Shown here in pieces: positions 52,879 to 63,695 of a stretch of DNA of 63,695 nt. The translations under genes and the position numbers were made by a program. How positions within the stretch are numbered: position 1 is the stretch's first letter; each line of letters opens with the position of its first letter. Source of the stretch: Octopus bimaculoides (lineage: Eukaryota); assembly GCF_001194135.2 (NCBI RefSeq), contig NC_068994.1, positions 38,640,752-38,704,446 on the forward strand, written 5' to 3'. The notes under the pieces were generated by a model, which searched no databases, had not been told where the DNA came from, and saw only the letters and a program-made list of their open reading frames with translations.

Positions 52879-53361
52879 CTGAAAATTCATCAATGTAAAC
52901 AATAGAATGGTTGTATATGATAGTTTCTGGCTAATTTCTTTTTATTTTCGGAAATCAATACTGAAATGGTGAAGCCTATAGCCATTTTTACTTCATGCTT
53001 GATAATGTCCTGAATTGCTAAATCAGATTACCGATGTTTATTTATTTTGATGTAAGGAAAAGAGAGAAATGTTTTAGCTCTTATGATGCCCTCTGGTAGA
53101 TGTCAGTGTCATAAATACTGAGCTATTACTTTCTATGGTAGTTTTTATGACACTTCAGCTAAACATTACATTAGCATTAAGTAGTCAGTTTAGCCAAGAA
53201 TAGGTTATTGATACCTGACAGCAATACCTCAGTCAACAGGCTATATTAAACAATAGCAACAAACACTATTCTATTACTCGCATTACAATTTTTCTTTTCT
53301 TTTGTTTTTATAGCTTCCTCTCTTTCTCTCTTTTTCTCACTCTTCACTCTTTCTCTGTCCT

Positions 53362-53403
<42 letters not shown>

Positions 53404-53619
53404 TTTCACACTCTTTCTCCTTTCTTCTTATTCGTTCTATGTCAATATTCCACACAGGACAAAAGATAAACCTTTTAGAAGAGATTCTAGTGAAGAGATT
53501 TAATAATCAGAGTGGTGCAGCAGAGTTGCAGACACTCCTACTTCAACAAAACCTCTTTATCTAGTTCATGCAAGCATAGAAAATGGGCGTTAAAACTGAC
53601 AGTTAATGATGGTCTATGT

Positions 53620-54710
53620 AAGAATGAAGGGGACAGTAATGGAGGAGGTGGTGGTGGTGGTGGTGATGGTGATGCCAAAGCTGGTAGGAGTAAGGGGGTG
53701 GGGGTAGGATAGAAGATGATAGTGGTGGTGGTGGTGGTGGTATGTGCTTTTGCTGCTGCTGATAATGAATTTAAGGTTTGGAGTGGTAGGGGTTAATCAT
53801 AGTACTGATGACAGTCTCTGAAAGAAGGGAATTTGTGATAACGTTGTTGTTGTTGTTCTCAATCATGATCATCATCATTATCATTGTTGTTGCTTAGATG
53901 TCGGTCAGCCCTGACTGAGCAAACCTATGATCAAAGGCATTCCAGCCATGACCATTCCATTTCTTTTTTAGCATTTACAGGACCACGTTATCTTATATGT
54001 TATTCTCATAGAGAAGATGGTAGAATGTGGTTTGAGATAGATTTGGTTTCTATTTTCAGCTGGCCTACTGACCACGAAAAGACTCCCTCTGCTGTAGTAG
54101 ACCACATTAGTACCAGAAGAGTTACCAATGGTGGTGGTGTTGTAGTGGTCATTTTTTTTGTTGATATTGGTGGTGGTGTCGTTGGAAATAGTGGTGATAC
54201 TGGTGATGACTAGTGAGGATGAAGATGGTGGTGATGGTGATAACAGTGAGGTGGAAATGGTGATGGAGGTAGTAACAGAGGTTATGATGGATGATGATGG
54301 GGGTGGTGTCGATGGTGTTAACTGGTGTTAATGTTGGTATATTGATAATAGTGTCGATGGTAGTGATAGTGGTGATAGTAATGGTGTTGGCGACGTGGGT
54401 GGTGGCAATAATAAAAGTAATGCCGATGATGATGGTGAGGGTAGTAGTGGACATAATATCTGTAAGTGTTGAAGATGGTGGTGGTGGTGGTATTGGTAGT
54501 GGTAGTGGTGGTGGTGACGATGGTGGTGATGGTGGTGATGATGGAGCCGAGTTAATGGTGTTTGTTGGTGTTGGTGCTACTAAATGTGTGAATGTTAGTA
54601 ACAGCAGTAGAGTGGTAGCTGTTATAAAAAAAGGTAGTGGTAATTGTAACAGTTTGTGCCACTAAAGATAGTGCTGGTGGCATCAGAAGTTGTTGTTGTT
54701 GTTGTTGTTT
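53620..54710. repeat. Degenerate (GGT/GAT/GTT)n trinucleotide low-complexity region
   Basis: Mixed trinucleotide repeats with an embedded family H copy. Confidence 0.85.
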
Positions 54711-55134
54711 ACATCAGTGATTCAGAAACTGGCAAATACCAGACCCTCCCTTATTCCTACTAAAGGATTAATGAAATTCTTCGGACCCCTCCACTCTGTT
54801 ACTTAGACCACAAAATAAAGTTTGCAGCTGTATAATTCTTCATCATCTTTGCTAGGTAGTAAGGCATGGAAACCAACTCGTGGCAGAATTGTTAGAGAGT
54901 CAGAAAAAAAAAAAAAATGCCTTGCAGTAGTTTTCTTCGACTCTTAACATTCCAAGTTCAAATCCCACCAAGGTCAACTTTGCCTTTTTTTCCCCTCCAA
55001 AGTTCAGTGAAATAAAGTACCAGTTAAATACTGGAGTTGATATAATCAACTAATCCTTTATTTCAAAGTTACTGGTCTTGTGCCTTAATCAGAAATTCTA
55101 GTATTTGACCAACCCACCAAAAATCCTTGTAAGG

Positions 55135-55495
55135 CGCAAGAGTGGCTGTGTGGTAAGTAGCTTGCTTACCGACCACATGGTTCTGGGTTCATTTCCACTG
55201 CGTGGTGCCTTGGGCAAGTGTCTTCTACTATAGCCTTGGGCCGACCAAAGCCTTGTGGTGTGTGTATATATGTTTGTGTGTCTGTGTTCGTCCCCACAAC
55301 ATCACTTGACAACCAATGCTGGTGTGTTTACGTCCTCGTAACTTAGCAGTTCGGCAAAAGAGACCGATAGAATAAGTACTTGGCTTCCAAAGAATAAGTC
55401 CTGGGGGTCGATTTGCTCGACTACAGGTGGTGCTCCAGCATGGCTGCAGTCAAATGACTGAAACAAGTAAAAGAGTAAAAGAGAAAGAGAAAGAG
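55135..55495 (+). mobile_element. Young SINE family B copy
   Basis: Close to the in-window consensus; CpGs retained. Confidence 0.85.
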
Positions 55496-56043
55496 TAACC
55501 CCATCCCAGGTGGGGTCGTAGCTGGTCTTCTCTTTGTAAAGACAATGGTTTAGACCACGAGAGATCTGATTAAGTGTAAATCTATGACTTAAGATGTTCC
55601 AGCCATGATCAGCTCAACTTTTTATTAGTTCAGTACTGACATTAACCAATGTGATCTCTTTTTTTTAAAGATGATAGATTGGTATCTGAGGGAGAGATTT
55701 AGCTATTATTTCTAACAAATTGAGCAACCACACAGAGCCGTAGATCTGAATTTTCTGTAGTAGTAGTAGTAGTTTGTTGGAAGAATAAAATTAGTCATGG
55801 TGATGAATGTGAGGACTCCCTGATTGAACACAATCACATGATCAAAGGCATTCACATCCTGACCATCCCATATTATATAGACTATATGGTGTTATTTGTG
55901 AGAGACTTTTGCTGCTATTTTTAACAAGTCAAGCAAGCTCATAAGAGGCAGTCTTATTGTACAGCTGAAGATAGTATTAAGAGTGATAGGTGCGCATATA
56001 TATATATATTGTACGTATATATGCATATACTCATTTATTATTT

Positions 56044-56089
<46 letters not shown>

Positions 56090-56577
56090 ATATATATCCG
56101 ACGAAGAGCTCCGCTCGAAGCGTCAAATTTTCTTTCTTTCCTTTCCCGAGCATCCAGTAATGCAATGTGTATCACGTNNNNNNNNNNNNNNNNNNNNNNN
56201 NNNNNNNNNNNNNNNNNNNNNNNNNNNNNNNNNNNNNNNNNNNNNNNNNNNNNNNNNNNNNNNNNNNNNNNNNNNNNNNNNNNNNNNNNNNNNNNNNNNN
56301 NNNNNNNNNNNNNNNNNNNNNNNNNNNNNNNNNNNNNNNNNNNNNNNNNNNNNNNNNNNNNNNNNNNNNNNNNNNNNNNNNNNNNNNNNNNNNNNNNNNN
56401 NNATATATATATATATATATACGCACTGACACACATATACACACACACACATATTGATTTTGATGACGAGTGTTTAGTTGTGTGATTGTCTATCCGTTGA
56501 AATAATATAGAAGAGTATTCTAAAGTCAAATGTTCTCTTAAGCAAAATCAGTATGACACAATATATGACCTTTGAAA

Positions 56578-56791
56578 GGTGGTGAGCTGGCAGAAACGTT
56601 AGTACGCGGGGCGAAATGCTTAGCGGTATTTCGTCTGTCTTTACGTTCTGAGTTCAAATTCCACTGAGGTCGACTTTGCCTCTCATCCTTCCGGGGTCGG
56701 TAAATTAAGTACCAGTTGTGTACTGGGATCAATCTAATTGACTGCCACCCATCCCCCAAAATTTTGGGCCTTGTGCCTAGAGTAGAAAAAT
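56578..56791 (+). mobile_element. Young SINE family A copy with a ~16-bp TSD
   Basis: Flanks atatatgacctttgaa (56561-56576) and atatatggcctttaaa (56792-56807), 14 of 16 matching. Confidence 0.85.
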
Positions 56792-57939
56792 ATATATGGC
56801 CTTTAAATCAATACTATTATATATCTGAAACTTTTTGCTTTGACTCTCGCATTTATAACCAGCAAATTTACAAAAAAGTAAAATCCCTGTAGACCTAATT
56901 AGAAATGATTACATAGAGAAGAAAGGGCAACATCTACTAAATAGGAAATACTATTTTAAACATTCTAGGAAGCATGTGAGGCAACTCTGTACATATTTCA
57001 GGCTTATTAGACTTTTACAGCAAATCATAGATTTTTCTTATACTTATTTTTCTTGTACAATATTGTGAGCAAGTGTGAGAAACTAGCATACTAAAAAATA
57101 AATGTATCAACCACTGTGGTTATTTACTTAGACATGCCTTCTGCATGAAAAACAGTATTTAAAAAATCATGTTAATACATTTAATGGAATGAACATTAAC
57201 TGAATGCCTAATATTATTTTATTTTATTAAAATAATATGAAATCTAGCATAATGTGGTTGTTTTGTTAGAATGCTGAATACAGCAATACTGACCTTGGGA
57301 GGACTTCTCATTTGGAAGTATGGTGCATAAAAGCACACATATTTATATCATTGGCAGATGAGAATCATCTGCTATGGACACCAGAACTGCTAGATTACTT
57401 GATTTCGACATACTGTGTCACATCAGTGACAGCCATACACCAGCCATATACAAGCCAAATCTTACTGCCAGCGATATTTAGAATTTCAGTACCTAATATG
57501 GAATAGTAAGCTAATGTCTGAGGAAATGTTTTTCATTGCACTTATGCTGTTGTTGTTGTTGCTGCTGCTGATGATGGTGATGAAAAAGATGGAGGAAGGT
57601 GAAGAGAATGGGGTAGGGACAGGAAAGGATGATGAGAGGTTAACCTACTCTACAGATCAGATATGCTGTTCCTTTTTTACACATTATTCAACCCTCTTTT
57701 GTAAAAGCGTGAGATCAAGTGCTCGACCCATCAGACTCACAATTGTTAGTGAGTATAATTCCTGGATTGAGCTCTGTGCTGTGTCCTTGGCAATGCACTA
57801 CATTTCATATTGCTCTAGTTCACTGATCTGAAAGTGAGTTGCAGAGTGGGACCTCACAGACTACTAAACCAAAATCTTGTAAATGCCAGATATCAATGGG
57901 CCTTGATGGCTATGGTACACTGGATTGATGGATTGGATT

Positions 57940-58330
57940 ACTCTTTACACATTATCATTCGTCAATATGTTCATAATTTACCTCTACATATCATCAGTCT
58001 CCTTTTACATATTGGCAATACCCTTTTAAACATTATCAATCCTGTTACACATTATCAATTCCTCTTTACACATTAGCTATACCACTTTACATATTAGCTG
58101 TTCCCCTTTACCCTTTAGCAATTCCCTTTTAAACATTATCAGTCCCCTTTACACATTATCAGTTTTTCTTTACACATTAGCAATTCCCTTTTACACATTA
58201 GTAATTTGCCTTTACACATTAGCAATACTCCATTACACATTATCAGTCCCCCTATATGCATTATCATTTCTACATTACACATTATCAATTCCCCATTGCA
58301 CATGATCAATTCTCCTTTATAAATTATCAA
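57940..58330. repeat. Degenerate 21-bp minisatellite (tttacacattatcaattcccc-like)
   Basis: Explains the heptad ORF MCNGELIMCNGE at 58139-58330. Confidence 0.85.
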
Positions 58331-58532
58331 TATTTTTCATATATTCCGTTTCACAATTTGTGAACAATACCATCATTGGTTATAGATCTCCGAAGGGTGT
58401 GATTAATGGTGTGAGAATTAAGTTTCACATATGAGATGACATAATGTATAATTACTAAAACCAATATCACACTTACTAATTGGTTATGATGCTATAATGT
58501 TGATCAGACAGAAATGTATTGGCATCACAATA

Positions 58533-58619
<87 letters not shown>

Positions 58620-59643
58620 GTAATAATAGTAATAATAATAAACTGTATGCAATAGTCTGTGATACTTACTTTGCAATAAAGCGTGTTCATGAATGCCAAT
58701 AACATTAGTTGCTTCATGATACTATATTTTTTTACTATAGGCACAAGGCTTGAAATTTGTCAATTATATCACCCTCAGTGCTCAGATGGTGCTTATTTTA
58801 TCACCCCCATATGGATGAAAAGCAAAGTTGACCTGGATAATATTTGAACTTGAAACGTAAAACTGGAAGTGCTTATGATTCTGCCACCTTGCCACCTTTA
58901 GTTGTTTTATAAGATAACACATGAAGTTGATTAGCAATGATATATGAATGATAAGTGTATTTATTATCAACTCACAATGTCAGCTTTATGTAAATAGATC
59001 TCTGTGGGTTTCAACTGACTGTGTTCAGTTGTTTAATGAATTGACCTATCTACTTACTACAATAATGCCTTGAATAGTTGAGCATTCCAAGATATATGTG
59101 TTCTTAAGTAAGTTCTCAAATAGAACCAGCATGATAGCATATCTTGTCTTAAGGCTGTACCTCTGATTTACAAGTGCAATACATCCAATTTTTCATGTAA
59201 TAACCATGTAAGTGGCTGAGTATTCCAAGGCTATGTATATCGTTAACAGAATTCTGAAGTAGAATCAGCATGACACAGTGTCTCAAGGCTGGGTCTTTTG
59301 TACCCTTATAATTCCTAATCTTGGCAGTGTGGTTAAGAAGCTTGCCTTTCAACTATGTGGTGTTGTGTTCAGTTGAATTGCATCACACCTTGGGCAAATG
59401 TTTTCTACCATTGTCCTGCAAAGCCTTGTGAGTTAATTTGGCAGATGGAAACTGAAGGAAACTGGTCGATTCCCCACCTTCTTCCAAATCAAATTTCTTC
59501 CCATGCCCTACACTTACTTCTCACCCCCTCTCGGTTTCTGCAGACTACCCAACAATGTCATCACTCTCTCACTTGTCCTCTTCCTGTCAACTGTATCATC
59601 ATTATATATATATATATGTATATATATATATGTATATATATAA

Positions 59644-59689
<46 letters not shown>

Positions 59690-59999
59690 TCATCATCATC
59701 ATTGAGACACAATGCATAACAAGGCTTGACCTTTGAATTACAAGCATGATCCAGTCAGCAGAGTTCCACAAGGTTTCTGATAACCCAGTTTCATTCACAA
59801 ACTTTTGGTCAACCTATGGTAAATGACACAGACACTTGTCAAAGATGCCTCACAGTGGGATTGAACATGAGAACTTATGGTTGAAAAGCAAACATTTTAA
59901 TGATTCAGCAATCCTTCAAAGTATATAAGATGTAGTATACATGGTGTTGAGAACATAGTAAATTGCTATATGACTGGCTGCACAGCGAGTCTTATAGAG

Positions 60000-60230
60000 A
60001 AGTTTTATGATATGATAATTTCTGTAAAACTGATTGAGCAGTGCAAGCTGAAGAAAGGTAATTCCGTAGTAACTTAATCTACAGTTGTGTGTATGTCAGT
60101 AAAGGCAATCTGCGTTGGACTTGAATAACAAATACTGCTCAATCATGGATCACTGCATTTCTGATAGTGACAGTGGCGAGGGAGTACATGAAATTCGATA
60201 CAGAATAGATATATCAAGGAACTTCATTTC
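60000..60230 (+). mobile_element. Possible RTE reverse-transcriptase C-terminal relic
   Basis: ISDSDSGEGVHEIRYRIDISR resembles the EIRxRIxxA motif. Confidence 0.35.
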
Positions 60231-60840
60231 TAATGAATCGATTTTCTATTTACTATTTTTTTCACTGATATTAGTATCTTCTGTTAATATGGTATGGTAA
60301 ATGATATAAACACACCACCCCACCATACATATGTGTGCATGTGTATAAATGTAAGTATATGTGAGTGTATATAAGTGTGTGTGTATATATATATATATAT
60401 AAATATATAAATATATANNNNNNNNNNNNNNNNNNNNNNNNNNNNNNNNNNNNNNNNNNNNNNNNNNNNNNNNNNNNNNNNNNNNNNNNNNNNNNNNNNN
60501 NNNNNNNNNNNNNNNNNNNNNNNNNNNNNNNNNNNNNNNNNNNNNNNNNNNNNNNNNNNNNNNNNNNNNNNNNNNNNNNNNNNNNNNNNNNNNNNNNNNN
60601 NNNNNNNNNNNNNNNNNNNNNNNNNNNNNNNNNNNNNNNNNNNNNNNNNNNNNNNNNNNNNNNNNNNNNNNNNNNNNNNNNNNNNNNNNNNNNNNNNNNN
60701 NNNNNNNNNNNNNNNNNNNNNNNNNNNNNNNNNNNNNNNNNNNNNNNNNNNNNNNNNNNNNNNNNNNNNNNNNNNNNNNNNNNNNNNNNNNNNNNNNNNN
60801 NNNNNNNNNNNNNNNNNNNNNNNNNNNNNNNNNNNNNNNN

Positions 60841-61090
60841 TGCACTTGGTCTTGTGAGTAAATGCCTAAGTGACAATCTGAATAAGCTAGGGATTTCAGA
60901 AGAAGAAATCAATCAGCTAACTCACACGTTACAAATACAATCTGTCGGTGATACAGTCAAAATAGGCAGGACTTTTGTCAAGTTTAAAATGTGACATTAT
61001 TTTTGTTATTTTCATTCCAGCAATGGAGTTTTGTATCTTTGTTAGGAATCAGTTCCTTCATCAGAGGAAGAAGTCAAATAATTAATAACA
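60841..61090 (+). mobile_element. Second RLE-type non-LTR retrotransposon 3' end
   Basis: ALGLVSKCLSDNLNKLGI...LQIQSVGDTVKIGRTFVKFKM*; the 5' part lies in a gap. Confidence 0.6.
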
Positions 61091-61898
61091 AAAGAGAACT
61101 TATTTTCACTAAATTTTCCCTCTACTAAATTCACTAACAAGGCATTGGTCAGTTCCAGGGCTATAGTAGGAGAAGACATTTGCCCAAACTGCCATATGAT
61201 GGAACTGAACCCCAAACCACCATTTTACTTCTGCCATAAAATCCAAATAATTCCTCCCTTCAGCTTATAGCACACCAGCATACTTTACTCATTTGCTTTT
61301 CTCCCTGTTGAACTTCAGGCTAGTAGAAATAGCAGCTAAATCTTCCCCCAAAATCACTCCTTTGCATCTTCTATTCAAGAAGAAGTCATATTCAGTAATG
61401 TAATCCTACATATATTTAAATAGTAGGGTAAAATGATTAAAGTTACCCTCTTGTGTCATATTTACTCTTAAGAGCTGGTTTCCTGGTTTCATGGCATATA
61501 TATTCCCCACCTGGATGGGACGCCAGTCCATCACAGGATTACTCATTTTTGCTAGTAGAGTGGACTGGAGCAAAGTGAAATGAAGTGTCTTGCTCAAGAA
61601 CACAACACATCGCTCACTCCAGTAATCAATACCACAATCTTATGATCATGAGTCCAACACCCTTAATCACTGAGCCATGTGCCTCCACCAAAATGGTGGA
61701 GTGTCCACAATTGCTGTGCCTTCCGATCAAAGGTCTACTCAATCAGAATTGACCTAGGGTTAAACAACAAAAGCAATGGTAATTTTACTGCTTTCTGTTA
61801 TGTTTTGCCATCAACTTTTCTCTCTTTAGTATATTCTTTCTCTCTCTTTCCTTGTTTCGCTCTCTCTGTCTCTCTTTCTTTAACACACACAAACACAC

Positions 61899-61939
<41 letters not shown>

Positions 61940-61994
61940 CTTCTGCTCTGTCTGTTTCTCTCTCTTTTATTCTCTCTCACTTCACATATTCTTT

Positions 61995-62192
61995 TATTCT
62001 TTTACTTGTTTCAGTCATTTGACAGCGGCCATGCTGGAGCACCGCCTTTAGTCAAGAAAATCAACCCCAGGACTTATTCTTTGTAAGCCTAGAACTTATT
62101 TTATCAGTCTCTTTGCCAAACTGCTAAGTTACGGGGAAGTAAACACACCAGTATCGGTCATCAAGCGATGTTGGCAGGCCAAACACACACAA

Positions 62193-62229
<37 letters not shown>

Positions 62230-62364
62230 NNNNNNNNNNNNNNNNNNNNNNNNNNNNNNNNNNNNNNNNNNNNNNNNNNNNNNNNNNNNNNNNNNNNNNN
62301 NNNNNNNNNNNNNNNNNNNNNNNNNNNNNNNNNNNNNNNNNNNNNNNNNNNNNNNNNNNNNNCC

Positions 62365-62396
<32 letters not shown>

Positions 62397-62520
62397 TATA
62401 TATGACAGGCCTCTTTCAGTTTCTGTCTACTAAATCCACTGACAAGGCTTTGGTTGAATGAGAAGACACTTCCCTAAGGTGCCATGCAGTGGGACTGAAC
62501 CTAGAACCATGTGGTCGGTA
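61995..62520 (-). mobile_element. SINE family B copy spanning a gap
   Basis: Tail, core and head present. Confidence 0.8.
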
Positions 62521-63360
62521 GTATATATATATATTAATAGATAGATATACACAAACATATACACAAACATACATATATACATATACACAAACATACATAT
62601 ACATAAACATGTACTTATGTATATGTATATATATATTACTTGTACGAAAGACAAGGCTTCTGTAAGGTCATTAGCTTTGCTAGAAACAGTGGCGAAACCT
62701 CTCACAAATATAGCCTTAAAAAAAGGAAGGAGACATGATTATCCAAGATAATGTATTCCTGTATATATTATACTTTAAACAAAGAAGTGAATGGTCATAG
62801 CTAGAACGCTTTTGATCATAGGTTTGCTCATTCAGGGGTGACATGGGACGGAACAGCAACAAGGAATGTATTAATTAATCTTTTCTCCTCTCAAAGCTCT
62901 AGGAGTTTCTCTCTTCTCACCACAACATTATTTCCCATGCCTCGCCCTTTGACTGCCAAACCCCTCCAGATTTTGCAATGAATATTAACAGAATTAACCT
63001 CACTCAGCTGTCCCTTTTATCCCAATCAAAAGGGGGCTAGGGAAAAGCACTGAGTTTTGTCCATCCTCTTCAGACCCAATGATTAAAAAAAGAAGGAAAG
63101 CATCTCTGAGTATATATATATATAACAAAATCAAGGAAAAAAATAAATAAACATCTAGCAGTGACCAGTGACCTCGTGAAAGGCTAACATTCACAGAAAT
63201 CAAATTGGACTCTAATTGCATTGACCACAGTGAAATTCCTCGCAGAATTATCAATTGCTATATTGGTATTTTTATTTCTGTCTTCTTGTCAATTCTAAAT
63301 ACTAAATAGCCTGGCTGTAATCTCTCTCATCTACCACCAAGTCCACTTTTGATCAGTCTC

Positions 63361-63411
<51 letters not shown>

Positions 63412-63572
63412 AAGAGAGAGAGGGGAAAAAGAGAGGTCAAGCCAACTAGCCAACTGACTTTGACATAGCACCACAATATATATTTGCCTAATCTTATGAA
63501 GTTAAGCTTACTCACGTAGTGGTTTCTATTGATACCCTTAAAACATTCAAGTGTTATATCGCCAACAATTAG

Positions 63573-63629
<57 letters not shown>

Positions 63630-63695
63630 GCTATCATGTCAAGTATACAATCTATTGATTATATAGTATGAGACCAGAAGATCTTTTCAAAACCA

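Noticed and set aside
53884-54665. Val/Gly/Met-rich and Thr/Ile/His-rich ORFs
   Set aside because: Degenerate trinucleotide repeats keep frames open on both strands; no splice support.
57291-57492. Strong minus-strand donor AAG|gtcagt
   Set aside because: All three frames hit a stop before any usable acceptor.
1341-62461. Long ORFs containing X runs (for example 35406-36203, 36881-38237, 49706-50782)
   Set aside because: They span N gaps and flanking microsatellites and carry no coding information.

Overview
AT-rich, gap-ridden eukaryotic scaffold, mostly intronic and repeat-derived. The dense tRNA-derived SINEs with (TAA)n, (GAT)n and (TA/CA)n tracts look like a coleoid cephalopod, probably Octopus; this is inference from recalled repeat families, not a search result. 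Almost all supplied ORFs are microsatellite or N-gap artefacts. Host coding signal is limited to two parts. (1) A minus-strand gene with an internal exon at 52878-52728 that splices in phase to a terminal exon at 13253-12973, followed by a repeat-free 3' UTR of about 1.8 kb and AATAAA at 11193-11188. The encoded tail is S/T/P-rich with YEEL and KPLPAVP motifs, and I cannot name the protein. (2) An isolated plus-strand internal exon at 6869-7030 from a second, convergent gene. The rest is mobile DNA: an internally deleted Ty3/Gypsy element with both LTRs, PBS, PPT and TSD; R4/Dong-like, RTE, CR1/Jockey-like and possibly Penelope fragments; two mariner relics; a Tigger relic; hAT and mariner MITEs; at least five SINE-like families; and minisatellites. 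I found no complete novel multi-gene system. The best leads are a near-perfect palindrome of two head-to-head tRNA-like units, decayed hammerhead-like motifs, a possible long antisense overlap of the two genes, SINE tail swapping and stacking in (TAA)n, and the short two-LTR element. Boundaries of degenerate repeats are approximate.
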